Of a stretch of 39,870 bases of DNA, positions 31,643 through 39,247 are shown in pieces. Made by a program: the position numbers and the translations under genes. How positions within the stretch are numbered: the stretch's first letter is position 1; the number at the start of each line of letters is the position of its first letter. The notes under the pieces were generated by a model, which saw nothing but the letters and a program-made list of their open reading frames with translations, was not told the DNA's origin and ran no database searches. Source of the DNA: a virus; the IMG/VR virus record IMGVR_UViG_3300013674_000001, positions 1 through 39,870 of that record; one strand, given 5' to 3'.

Positions 31643-31645
31643 TAT
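31617..31645 (+). promoter_or_regulatory. Candidate internal promoter TTGACA-N17-TAGTAT
   Basis: Plus-strand reading: TTGACAttatacgcagccgcaaaTAGTATtaggcAACCAACCAAAGGGAAAACagATG. The -10 includes the stop codon of the upstream gene. Confidence 0.5.
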
Positions 31646-31671
31646 TAGGCAACCAACCAAAGGGAAAACAG

Positions 31672-31866
31672 ATGTCCGATTATGAAAACGAAACCCGCGA
31701 AGAGTACCTTGAGCGCAACATTGCCGAGGTACGCTACCAGCGCAACATCCTGCAAAACTCGTCATGGGAAAAGGTCCAGCGTTACGACCCAGCGTTGCGG
31801 CGCTCGGAACAACTCATGTCTCTTGAGCTTAAGGAGCTTCGGACCAAGGGCGGGGAGGCTGCGTGA
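31672..31866 (+). CDS. Hypothetical protein, 64 aa
   Basis: ATG preceded by AAAGGGAAAAC. Charged helical protein. TGATG coupling to the next gene. Confidence 0.7.
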   Translation: MSDYENETREEYLERNIAEVRYQRNILQNSSWEKVQRYDPALRRSEQLMSLELKELRTKGGEAA

Positions 31867-32201
31867 TGGATACGAGATTCACTCCGGGGCCTTGGGCACA
31901 ATCTCATAGAAGGGGCTGCGACGAACTGCGAAGGACGCAAGTTTATCCTATAAATGATCCAGACAACACAATCGCAACTTTGCACTGGCATTCGGTCAAG
32001 ACAGAAACGGGGTTCAAGACCGACCGAGAAGCCAACGCCCAGCTAATAGCCGCAGCACCGGAACTGTATGAGGCGCTCATCTCGGCTCAGCACACTGTTC
32101 GCTGGGAGGTCTGTGAGGGTCAGGACCCTGAAAACGAATGCTGGGCAGTCCTTGATCGCATAAACGCAGCCCTCGCCAAAGCACGGGGTGAGAACCAATG
32201 A
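31866..32201 (+). CDS. Hypothetical protein, 111 aa
   Basis: The track start at 31863 is a GTG. ATG 31866 overlaps the upstream stop. N-terminal TPGPW motif is common in small lambdoid early proteins. Confidence 0.7.
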   Translation: MDTRFTPGPWAQSHRRGCDELRRTQVYPINDPDNTIATLHWHSVKTETGFKTDREANAQLIAAAPELYEALISAQHTVRWEVCEGQDPENECWAVLDRINAALAKARGENQ

Positions 32202-32602
32202 CCGGACAACTGGAAAACTTCAACGCCCTAAGAAAGCTTCAGGGTAACGCCAATAAAGCAGAGACTTTCTGGGATAATTACCGCAAAGCCACGGCCAAGG
32301 CTGGCATTGACAAATACCGCGCAGGCTTTGGGGTGGACAACCGGAATCCAAGTTTCGCCGTCAAGACTTTGTTTAGCAGCTACACCGGATCCTACGGCAG
32401 TTCCAGCGTCTACCGCTTCGACTCTTTCGACCGCGAATTGTTGGAAAAGTACATGGTGCGGGCAATGAACGAGTTGTCAGAGGACCTGTTTTCCAAAGTT
32501 GCAGAGTTAATGCGACAGGACGCCAACAAGCTGTTGGGAAAGGCCCGCAAAGAAGTTTCTGACATGCAGGCCGCGCTTTCAGAGGTGGAGGCCCAGTCAT
32601 GA
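32198..32602 (+). CDS. Hypothetical protein, 134 aa
   Basis: ATGA overlaps at both ends. Confidence 0.7.
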   Translation: MTGQLENFNALRKLQGNANKAETFWDNYRKATAKAGIDKYRAGFGVDNRNPSFAVKTLFSSYTGSYGSSSVYRFDSFDRELLEKYMVRAMNELSEDLFSKVAELMRQDANKLLGKARKEVSDMQAALSEVEAQS

Positions 32603-32799
32603 CCTCCCCCACCCCTTTCGACGCACATGTACGCAGTAACGAGTTAGCGTCAGAGGCCACTCCCCGGCCCCGGCAGATGGAAGGTCTGCGTTTTAGATCC
32701 TTTGACATGCGCTGGTGGCAAGGGCCGCCCCGGAAGCAGGACAGGGCAGTAAAATGGATCATTTTGGCGGCAATTATTGTGGGGGCTATTTGGGTATGA
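32599..32799 (+). CDS. Hypothetical protein with C-terminal TM segment, 66 aa
   Basis: ATGA overlaps at both ends. C-terminus WIILAAIIVGAIWV. Confidence 0.6.
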   Translation: MTSPTPFDAHVRSNELASEATPRPRQMEGLRFRSFDMRWWQGPPRKQDRAVKWIILAAIIVGAIWV

Positions 32800-33338
32800 G
32801 TAAACAATCAAAAATCACTTCAAAAGAACTAAAAAAACTGCTTCACTACGATCCGAGCACTGGCGAGTTCACCTGGATCGTAACGCAAGGTTCAGCCAAT
32901 GTGGGCGACAAGGCCGGTACTATTGCTGGCCAAGGTTACTTACAAATTTGCATAAACCGGAAACGATACCTAACACACCGATTGGCGTGGTTATACATTC
33001 ACGGTCTCTGGCCCAAAAACTCTATCGATCACATAGATGGGAATCCTGTCAACAATAAGATTTCCAATCTAAGAGAGGCAACTCATTCGCAAAATTGCCA
33101 GAACCGAGGAATGACGGCCTCCAACACGTCTGGATACTGCGGCGTGTCTCTCACCAAGGATAGAAAAAAATGGAGGGCTCAAATTCGTATTCAAGGCCAG
33201 AAGAAATACCTTGGAACATTCGACACGCCGCAGCAAGCGCATGAAGCGTATTGCGAAGCAGGACAGAAGCACCACGGAAGGTTCTTTAACTCCGGTGAGC
33301 CCAAAGCCCTCAAAACCGAAGGGGGTAGCGATGTCTAA
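32796..33338 (+). CDS. HNH-AP2 homing endonuclease (second copy), 180 aa
   Basis: Track ORF trimmed to ATG 32796 (ATGA overlap). IDHIDGNPVNNKISNLREATHSQN followed by SGYCGVSLTKDRKKWRAQIRIQGQKKYLGTFDTPQQAHEAY. The N-terminus MSKQSKITSKELKKLLHYDPSTGEFTW parallels the copy at 15927..16481. Confidence 0.9.
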   Translation: MSKQSKITSKELKKLLHYDPSTGEFTWIVTQGSANVGDKAGTIAGQGYLQICINRKRYLTHRLAWLYIHGLWPKNSIDHIDGNPVNNKISNLREATHSQNCQNRGMTASNTSGYCGVSLTKDRKKWRAQIRIQGQKKYLGTFDTPQQAHEAYCEAGQKHHGRFFNSGEPKALKTEGGSDV

Positions 33339-33540
33339 ACCATTAAACTGGGGCTCCACCTCCCTTAATAGTAACACGATATACGCCAATGGGGAAAAGG
33401 GTATATACACCATTAGCAAACAAATTGATGCATGGCGCGTCCGCCTTTTTCCAAACACTTTATTCGGGGGAACAAAGCATTGGTTCCGCGACACCCTCGA
33501 AAGCGCAAAGGCATCCGCAGAACAGGAGGATAAGGTATGA
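33331..33540 (+). CDS. Hypothetical protein, 69 aa
   Basis: Track ORF 33211..33540 trimmed to ATG 33331 (8-nt overlap with the HNH stop). Confidence 0.6.
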   Translation: MSKPLNWGSTSLNSNTIYANGEKGIYTISKQIDAWRVRLFPNTLFGGTKHWFRDTLESAKASAEQEDKV

Positions 33541-33842
33541 CAGAGCAAATCCACGACGCAGAAAAGGTCGCCTATTCCTCAATCGTCGGACAGTCAATCA
33601 TGCTGCTCAATGACGCCGGGGCCTGCATCGCCCAGCTATCGGTTCTGAACACGAGCGATCCACAGGGCATTGCCGATCAGGTGGTTGCCGCTTTGAAGGC
33701 TCCAAATCGTCACGCATACAAAGTCGGCGTTGCCGTTGGAAAGGCAAGTGGGCCAGACCGTCAGGCCGCTTTGAACGATCTTGCTGATCTTGGTCAGGAG
33801 TTCGAGACCGCACAGGAGAAGGAGGCAGGACATGGGATGTGA
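33537..33842 (+). CDS. Hypothetical protein, 101 aa
   Basis: ATGA overlap upstream. Overlaps the next gene by 11 nt. Confidence 0.7.
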   Translation: MTEQIHDAEKVAYSSIVGQSIMLLNDAGACIAQLSVLNTSDPQGIADQVVAALKAPNRHAYKVGVAVGKASGPDRQAALNDLADLGQEFETAQEKEAGHGM

Positions 33843-34215
33843 TATCCACACTGTAATAGAGGAAAAGGTTGATGGCCGGTGGATCGGAATTGCGGCTTCC
33901 GACCGAATGAAAAATCGTCCTCTCTACGCGGAGCGGGACTATAGTTTCTTTGGTCAAGTCGCAAATGTACGTGAAAGCGGGCCGCACTACCCCAAGAACC
34001 TGCCCAAAGACGTAAGCGATTTGGCTTGGCACCTCTTTATGAAGTGCCCGACAGACTACCACAGCGCATCCCACATGCCGCTAGAACAGTTCTGCGCAAT
34101 CCACAACGAGCAAAACCCGAAGGAAAGCCGCCTCGAGTATGCGGTTGAGGACTTGACCGGACTCTACAATGAGGACGGTGAGCAGTTCCGCGTGGTGTTT
34201 TGGTTCGACAATTGA
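33832..34215 (+). CDS. Hypothetical protein, 127 aa
   Basis: Track ORF trimmed to ATG 33832, preceded by GGAGGCAGGAC. Starts MGCDIHTVIEEKVDGRW. Confidence 0.7.
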   Translation: MGCDIHTVIEEKVDGRWIGIAASDRMKNRPLYAERDYSFFGQVANVRESGPHYPKNLPKDVSDLAWHLFMKCPTDYHSASHMPLEQFCAIHNEQNPKESRLEYAVEDLTGLYNEDGEQFRVVFWFDN

Positions 34216-34234
34216 CCAAAGAGGACCCCAACCA

Positions 34235-34819
34235 ATGACTGATCACGCGAACACCCGCCCTGACCGTGCACATCCCGGCGTCATCAGCGAACGCAGGATT
34301 TCAGATGTCATCAAAGACCTAGAGCGGTGGCAGGTTAGAGCCGGAGCGCGCGCGATTGAGATCATCAAGGCGTTGGACGCTGAGCGGCATGCCGTCCTGT
34401 CTCTCATGCCAGAGGCCGGGTGGCGGGACGACGTGTTGCGGTGTGAAAAGTGTCAATCGGCAGCAACAAAGCTGTGTCAGATGACAACACATGAATGCGA
34501 TCCCATGCCTATTTGCGAGGACTGCGCAGCGGAGCATGATTCAATCGCTGCCGAAATTAATGACCACGAAATGCGTGAGTTTGGCGCTGAGTATGGGATG
34601 GTAACCTACCACTATTTGCCCCTACCCCCAGCGCCAGACCCCGTAAAGGCTGCGGCGGGGGTGCTGCGGCGTGAATGGGACGAACATGGCGAGGGACTAC
34701 AAGGTCAGCTTGTTACGTATTCTTTGGCGGATGAGGGTTTGGTCCCTGATCTGGACGGCGCTTGGGTGAAACTAGACGATGTGACTGCCGCCCTGCGCGC
34801 TCTAAAGGACGAGTCGTGA
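34235..34819 (+). CDS. Hypothetical Cys-rich protein, 194 aa
   Basis: Track ORF trimmed to ATG 34235. Central CEKCQSAATKLCQMTTHECDPMPICEDC cluster. Confidence 0.7.
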   Translation: MTDHANTRPDRAHPGVISERRISDVIKDLERWQVRAGARAIEIIKALDAERHAVLSLMPEAGWRDDVLRCEKCQSAATKLCQMTTHECDPMPICEDCAAEHDSIAAEINDHEMREFGAEYGMVTYHYLPLPPAPDPVKAAAGVLRREWDEHGEGLQGQLVTYSLADEGLVPDLDGAWVKLDDVTAALRALKDES

Positions 34820-34971
34820 TGGACATTGACAACTATACAGCCGTGACGCTGACCGACGACGATATTCGTGCCGCCATTGTGATGTACGTAGGGGCACAAA
34901 TGGCAGCGCTCAGATGGGGCGCACATACAACGGCAAGCTTCAAGCTGTTGCTTTGGCAAAATGAGAGGTGA
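34819..34971 (+). CDS. Hypothetical protein, 50 aa
   Basis: ATG 34819 overlaps the upstream stop (GTGATG). Confidence 0.5.
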   Translation: MDIDNYTAVTLTDDDIRAAIVMYVGAQMAALRWGAHTTASFKLLLWQNER

Positions 34972-34975
34972 CGCC

Positions 34976-35287
34976 ATGACCACAGAGGCACCGGAGCGGA
35001 TTTGGGCGTTTTATGCGCCAGAAATTGAAGAAGACAACCCGAAATGCACAATCGTAGCAGGTGAACACTGCATGCATGGCGCACAAGAATACATCCGCGC
35101 TGACATAGCCGAAGCCCAGCTTGCAGCAGCACGTCAGGTGAGGCCGTTCACCCCAGATGATCTTGAGAAAATAAGAAACGTACTCGGTTTCTTCGTGCAC
35201 CACCCACTGCATCAAGATCGGGAAACAGCAATGAAGCGGCGCGCGAATGAAATCCTCTCCGCCCTCTCTGAACAGGAGGGGAAGTAG
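34976..35287 (+). CDS. Hypothetical protein, 103 aa
   Basis: ATG 34976 preceded by GAGAGG. An alternative ATG lies at 34961. Confidence 0.7.
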   Translation: MTTEAPERIWAFYAPEIEEDNPKCTIVAGEHCMHGAQEYIRADIAEAQLAAARQVRPFTPDDLEKIRNVLGFFVHHPLHQDRETAMKRRANEILSALSEQEGK

Positions 35288-35288
35288 C

Positions 35289-35507
35289 ATGTTACCCCAT
35301 TACACAATCGAAATTAGCAAACTAACCGACGCAGACATTGGACGGCAGGTTACATTTGTTCATGCCGGTGGAACCAGAGAGTTTGGCACCCTGCACTCTT
35401 GGGACGACAAGCATATCTTCGTGCGCTTTGGTTCAGCCCCGAGGGCAAAGGCAGCCGCATGTGACCCACAGCAACTATCCTGGAGCCGCCCCCATGACCC
35501 ACGATAA
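35289..35507 (+). CDS. Hypothetical protein, 72 aa
   Basis: Track ORF trimmed to ATG 35289, 1 nt after the upstream stop. Confidence 0.65.
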   Translation: MLPHYTIEISKLTDADIGRQVTFVHAGGTREFGTLHSWDDKHIFVRFGSAPRAKAAACDPQQLSWSRPHDPR

Positions 35508-35775
35508 GCTGATAGATCGGTTACGAAAGCCTGTCGAAAGACAGCATGGTTTAAGCAGGTGGGAGAAAATCCGGCTTGACCGTATTGAAGCCGCCGACGC
35601 CCTCACCGCCGCACAGAACGAGATAGAGCGTTTGGAGGGGGCTTTTGCGTTTGCCGAATCCGAGATGAATACGGCAGCACATGTAATGTCTCACTTTGGA
35701 TGTAGCACCGAAGTCGAAGCATATCAAAATGCTGCCAGAATAATTCGTGAAGCTTTGCAGGGAGAAGCCCAATGA
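35494..35775 (+). CDS. Hypothetical protein, 93 aa
   Basis: Track ORF trimmed to ATG 35494. Helical protein (IEAADALTAAQNEIERLEGAFAFAE). Confidence 0.65.
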   Translation: MTHDKLIDRLRKPVERQHGLSRWEKIRLDRIEAADALTAAQNEIERLEGAFAFAESEMNTAAHVMSHFGCSTEVEAYQNAARIIREALQGEAQ

Positions 35776-36014
35776 GTAACACGCCAATAGACAGGATGGC
35801 ACATAAAGCAGCCTTTCGCACGGCATTCGAAATTACAACCTCGACGGACCCTAAGAAGGTTGGCGAATTTTTTGGCATGGATATAGTGTCAACACCACTA
35901 ATGCCAGAAGGTTGGTTTGCTTTGAAGACTGAAAAAGGTGCTATATGCTTTGGTCCGAAAGGTTCGATATGGGTTCCGTTTTTCGACGCAAGCTCTGCAG
36001 GTAGGAAGGGGTAA
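35772..36014 (+). CDS. Hypothetical protein, 80 aa
   Basis: ATGA overlap upstream and TAATG overlap downstream. Confidence 0.7.
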   Translation: MSNTPIDRMAHKAAFRTAFEITTSTDPKKVGEFFGMDIVSTPLMPEGWFALKTEKGAICFGPKGSIWVPFFDASSAGRKG

Positions 36015-36172
36015 TGGGCGATTGTGCGAACCTCTGTGTATCGATTTCCGCTGAGAACGCGACCGTCGGAGGATGGCTTGTCTTTGGCGGACTGTTTGTT
36101 TTGCCTTGGCTATTGGGATTATGGGTAATTGTTTGTGAAATCACCGACGTGGTTTTTCGGAGGCACCAATGA
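36014..36172 (+). CDS. Tiny membrane protein, 52 aa (below the ORF-track cutoff)
   Basis: Hand translation: MGDCANLCVSISAENATVGGWLVFGGLFVLPWLLGLWVIVCEITDVVFRRHQ. TAATG coupling to the upstream gene. Confidence 0.45.
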   Translation: MGDCANLCVSISAENATVGGWLVFGGLFVLPWLLGLWVIVCEITDVVFRRHQ

Positions 36173-36240
36173 AGGTCCACCCCATGACTAACCTCCACCA
36201 AGACCGCTTTTCCCTGTTCTGGTATTTGGTGCAAAAGTGG

Positions 36241-36269
36241 TTGAAATCCTAAACGCACGCATATAGTAT
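36241..36269 (+). promoter_or_regulatory. Candidate internal promoter TTGAAA-N17-TAGTAT upstream of erf
   Basis: Plus-strand reading: TTGAAAtcctaaacgcacgcataTAGTATggggacACCAACCAAAAAGGGAAAAttATG. Same layout as the promoter at 31617. Confidence 0.5.
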
Positions 36270-36296
36270 GGGGACACCAACCAAAAAGGGAAAATT

Positions 36297-36986
36297 ATGA
36301 GTAAAGATACACAGTCTAAGAACTCTATAGCGATTTCACTCACTGCTGCCCAAATGGAAATGGGAAAAGCCTTAAAGCAGTCCGAAAACCCTCACTTTCG
36401 CAGCAAATATGCGGACTTGGGAAGTGTTATGGATGCTTGTTTAGAACCCCTGAATAAACACGGTATTGCCGTCATTCAGCCGACAGGGGAAAATGAGTAC
36501 GGCAGATTTGTAAAAACAGTTTTTATACATGGCGAAAGCGGTGAAACTCTTGAATGTGAAGTGCCACTGATTATTGGCAAAAACGATATGCAGGGCTACG
36601 GATCGGCGGTGACCTATGCGCGCCGGTATGGCCTCATGACAATGGCAGGAATTGCACCTGAAGATGATGACGGCAATGCAGCTGCAAAGGTTGCGCCTCC
36701 CAAAAAACAACCCACTTGGGTTGAAACCATTACCCAAGATTTACCACCTGACGCCACACCAAGGGACAAAGCAGAATCTATAGCAAGTGCCTTATGCGCA
36801 CAATTTCGGCGCATGAAAGGTCTAAAGCAAATAGACCTTGAGTGGGATCGCAGGGAAACACTGATTTCCAACTTGGAAAGCAAGCACAATGACCTTTGGG
36901 GCGATGTGGTTGAGGCTTACGAACAGCGCCGAAACGAACTTGACGGAAGTGTTTCAGAGCAAGAATCCCCACTCAATGGAGGGTAA
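36297..36986 (+). CDS. erf: ERF-family single-strand annealing recombinase, 229 aa
   Basis: NPHFRSKYADLGSVMDACLEPLNKHGIAV...MQGYGSAVTYARRYGLMTMAGI matches the P22 Erf-family signature (NP.F.SKYA.L, GSA.TYARRY). Confidence 0.9.
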   Translation: MSKDTQSKNSIAISLTAAQMEMGKALKQSENPHFRSKYADLGSVMDACLEPLNKHGIAVIQPTGENEYGRFVKTVFIHGESGETLECEVPLIIGKNDMQGYGSAVTYARRYGLMTMAGIAPEDDDGNAAAKVAPPKKQPTWVETITQDLPPDATPRDKAESIASALCAQFRRMKGLKQIDLEWDRRETLISNLESKHNDLWGDVVEAYEQRRNELDGSVSEQESPLNGG

Positions 36987-36999
36987 TCCAATAGGACGC

Positions 37000-37119
37000 A
37001 TGAGCGACCGCCATATCGAAGAACAAGAAAATATGACCGAGGACGAGGCTTTACAAAAGGAGTTTGAACAAAGCTTTTTTCCACTTGAAGTGCCCGAAGA
37101 GACCGAGGACGCCTCATGA
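37000..37119 (+). CDS. Small acidic protein, 39 aa
   Basis: Track ORF 36889..37119 trimmed to ATG 37000, beyond the erf stop. ATGA-coupled to the next gene. Confidence 0.4.
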   Translation: MSDRHIEEQENMTEDEALQKEFEQSFFPLEVPEETEDAS

Positions 37120-37346
37120 GCCTTTTGGAGCAGATGAAAGCCGACGCCAAACTTTGCAACGCCCGTCTTGTCAAGAACGGCGGTTACCTTGAGTCTGAAC
37201 ACAGAATAAAGGAACGTCGCCAAAAGATAGCCGCGTATTTGGATCTCGGAATCTGCCCAGCAGAGATTGCCAGGATTATCGGGGAAAACCAGTCTACGGT
37301 TTGCACTGACACCAGAGCTATACGCAAGGAAAGGGGTGAGTTATGA
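37116..37346 (+). CDS. Small HTH protein, 76 aa
   Basis: The C-terminal half CPAEIARIIGENQSTVCTDTRAIRKE is an HTH of the sigma-region-4 / resolvase type. Confidence 0.65.
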   Translation: MSLLEQMKADAKLCNARLVKNGGYLESEHRIKERRQKIAAYLDLGICPAEIARIIGENQSTVCTDTRAIRKERGEL

Positions 37347-37393
37347 CAACCCCTATCACGGTGCCGTGGACCCATACAGCGGAGGGCGTGTGA

Positions 37394-38431
37394 ATGGGGT
37401 TCAACGTCCTTCAAGGCGACGTGTTCGACATGCTGGCCACGCTGCCAGATGACCACTTTGATTGCGTCGTCACCTCTCCGCCTTATTGGGGCCTGCGCGA
37501 TTACGGTGTTAAAGGGCAAATCGGGCTTGAGCCTACACTTGCCGAACACCTTGAGGTGATGGTTCGCGTGTTTGCCGAGGTGCATCGCGTCCTAAAGCCC
37601 ACCGGCACATGCTGGGTCAATTACGGGGATTGCTACGCCACCACTCCTAACGGGCGCAGCGCCGCCGACACAAAGGCCGCAGGTGGTGATGATCGGACGT
37701 TCAGGGACAAGCCGTTTTCGACCATTCAGGGCGTCCTGAAACCCAAGGACCTTGTGATGGCTCCGAACCGCTTTGCCATCGCCATGCAGGAATGGGGGTG
37801 GTGGGTCCGCTCCGAAATCATCTGGGCAAAGCCGAACCCGATGCCCGAAAGCGTGACCGACAGACCGGCTACGGCGCACGAAAAGATATTCATGTTCACG
37901 AAAGAGGGGCGGTACGACTACGACCCGCAAGCGGTGCGTGTCGGGCGGAAATCAGATGAAGACGCAAACGGTTTTCGTGGAGGATCATACGTAGGCGGCA
38001 AGCCCGGTGTCCGTACCGCTGTTGGGAACAAGAAGACCGACAAACAACGCGGCCATTCACGCCGTCATGCTGGTTTCAATGACAGCTGGGACGACATGCC
38101 CAAGGAAGAACAGCAATCCAACGGCCGGAATCTACGCAACTACGAACCCGCCCCCGTACAGGTCTGGGAAATCGCCACACGGCCCTTCAAGGAAGCCCAC
38201 TTTGCGACGTTCCCGCCCGAACTGGTTGAGCGCTGCCTGAAGGCGGGATGTCCGTCTGGCGGCAAGGTTTTGGACCCGTTCGGCGGAGCCGGAACAACCG
38301 GACTTGTCGCGGATCGCCTGCAGATGGACGCCACCCTGATCGAACTAAACCACGAATACGCAGACATCGCCATAAAACGCATCGATAGCGACCGGGGTGC
38401 CTTATTGGAAGCGATGGAGAAAACCACATGA
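37394..38431 (+). CDS. DNA methyltransferase, N4/N6 (beta-class, SPPY motif), 345 aa
   Basis: Motif IV DCVVTSPPYWGLRDYG near the N-terminus. The AdoMet motif VLDPFGGAGTTG near the C-terminus gives the beta-class order. SD GGAGGG. Confidence 0.9.
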   Translation: MGFNVLQGDVFDMLATLPDDHFDCVVTSPPYWGLRDYGVKGQIGLEPTLAEHLEVMVRVFAEVHRVLKPTGTCWVNYGDCYATTPNGRSAADTKAAGGDDRTFRDKPFSTIQGVLKPKDLVMAPNRFAIAMQEWGWWVRSEIIWAKPNPMPESVTDRPATAHEKIFMFTKEGRYDYDPQAVRVGRKSDEDANGFRGGSYVGGKPGVRTAVGNKKTDKQRGHSRRHAGFNDSWDDMPKEEQQSNGRNLRNYEPAPVQVWEIATRPFKEAHFATFPPELVERCLKAGCPSGGKVLDPFGGAGTTGLVADRLQMDATLIELNHEYADIAIKRIDSDRGALLEAMEKTT

Positions 38432-38517
38432 AACCCATCATCATAGACGCCCTGACACTATTGGGAATTGCTGCGATGGTTTACGCGGCCTTGTGGCTGC
38501 CGTTGTTGTTTAAGTGA
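38428..38517 (+). CDS. Tiny membrane peptide, 29 aa (below the ORF-track cutoff)
   Basis: Hand translation: MKPIIIDALTLLGIAAMVYAALWLPLLFK. ATGA overlap with the methyltransferase stop. Confidence 0.35.
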   Translation: MKPIIIDALTLLGIAAMVYAALWLPLLFK

Positions 38518-38528
38518 GGTAATCCGAC

Positions 38529-38750
38529 ATGAAAAGACGGTCATTTATCACAGGAGCTCTGGCTGCGCCTCTTATTGTAAAAACTCCCGGAATCTTGATG
38601 CCAGTGAAAAAGATCATTCATGCAGGTCCAGAAGTTTTGATTGATGATTTTTCTAAATTTGATGCTGCTTTCACTAGGCATCTTGCTAGAACATTCTTGC
38701 AAAAATTTGAGATAGCTAGAGCCGTTGGTCCTATAACCAATGAGCGATGA
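38529..38750 (+). CDS. Low-GC 73-aa ORF: Tat-like signal fused to a copy of the coat N-arm
   Basis: The N-terminus MKRRSFITGALAAPLIV resembles a twin-arginine signal. The C-terminus FDAAFTRHLARTFLQKFEIARAV aligns with coat residues FDSNFTRYLARVFLEKFETARVM (15/21 identical by eye). AT-rich with rare codons (agg, aga, ata). Confidence 0.55.
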   Translation: MKRRSFITGALAAPLIVKTPGILMPVKKIIHAGPEVLIDDFSKFDAAFTRHLARTFLQKFEIARAVGPITNER

Positions 38751-39246
38751 CGGCAGAAATATCATTCGAGCGCGGTGGGACGGTGCTACGTTTCACCCCG
38801 CTGGCAACATAGCTATCGAGAAATCCCGCAAGCTTGCCGATGGGGAGTTTCTTGGAATTGAGCTGTTGCGTGATCGATCCATGAACTCCCATCGTCACCA
38901 GTTTGCCGAAATCAAAAACCTTTGGATGAATATACCCGAAGACCTACAGAATATGCCCTACGCAGCAACGCCTGAGACGTTTAGGAAGCATGCTTTACTT
39001 GTCTGCGGGTACTATGACGTAGAAACGATCGCTTGCGCCAACCCTGGCGCCGCTGAGCGAGCCGCAGCCCTATTGTCCCGACTGGCTACCAGGTCACACG
39101 GCTATGCGGTCACAGATGTTAAGGAAAATGTGGCGCGCTGCTACACGCCTAAGAGTCAGTCTGTGAAAGCCATGGGGTCAGCAGATTTCCAAAAGTCCAA
39201 GACTGCGGTGCTTGATTGGTGTGCGTCTATCGTAAGCCCAGAATAG
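38740..39246 (+). CDS. NinB/Orf- or DUF1367-like protein, 168 aa
   Basis: FLGIELLRDRSMNSHRHQFAEIKNLW resembles the RS..QN+..WA motif of lambda NinB/DUF1367-type proteins, and a later S.S...M....F segment also fits. Family assignment is tentative. Confidence 0.65.
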   Translation: MSDDGRNIIRARWDGATFHPAGNIAIEKSRKLADGEFLGIELLRDRSMNSHRHQFAEIKNLWMNIPEDLQNMPYAATPETFRKHALLVCGYYDVETIACANPGAAERAAALLSRLATRSHGYAVTDVKENVARCYTPKSQSVKAMGSADFQKSKTAVLDWCASIVSPE

Positions 39247-39247
39247 A

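Noticed and set aside
30591-31765. Minus-strand ORFs of 119, 154 and 97 aa
   Set aside because: They are antisense to the coupled plus-strand early genes and to the control region, with no SD or coupling.
32373-34074. Minus-strand ORFs of 144, 161 and 155 aa
   Set aside because: They are antisense to a chain of plus-strand genes linked by ATGA overlaps, including the well-supported HNH-AP2 gene.
37343-37393. 16-aa micro-ORF (MTTPITVPWTHTAEGV) filling the gap before the methyltransferase
   Set aside because: It is coupled at both ends (ATGA, then TGA directly before the ATG), but it is too short and featureless to call. It might be only a coupling spacer.
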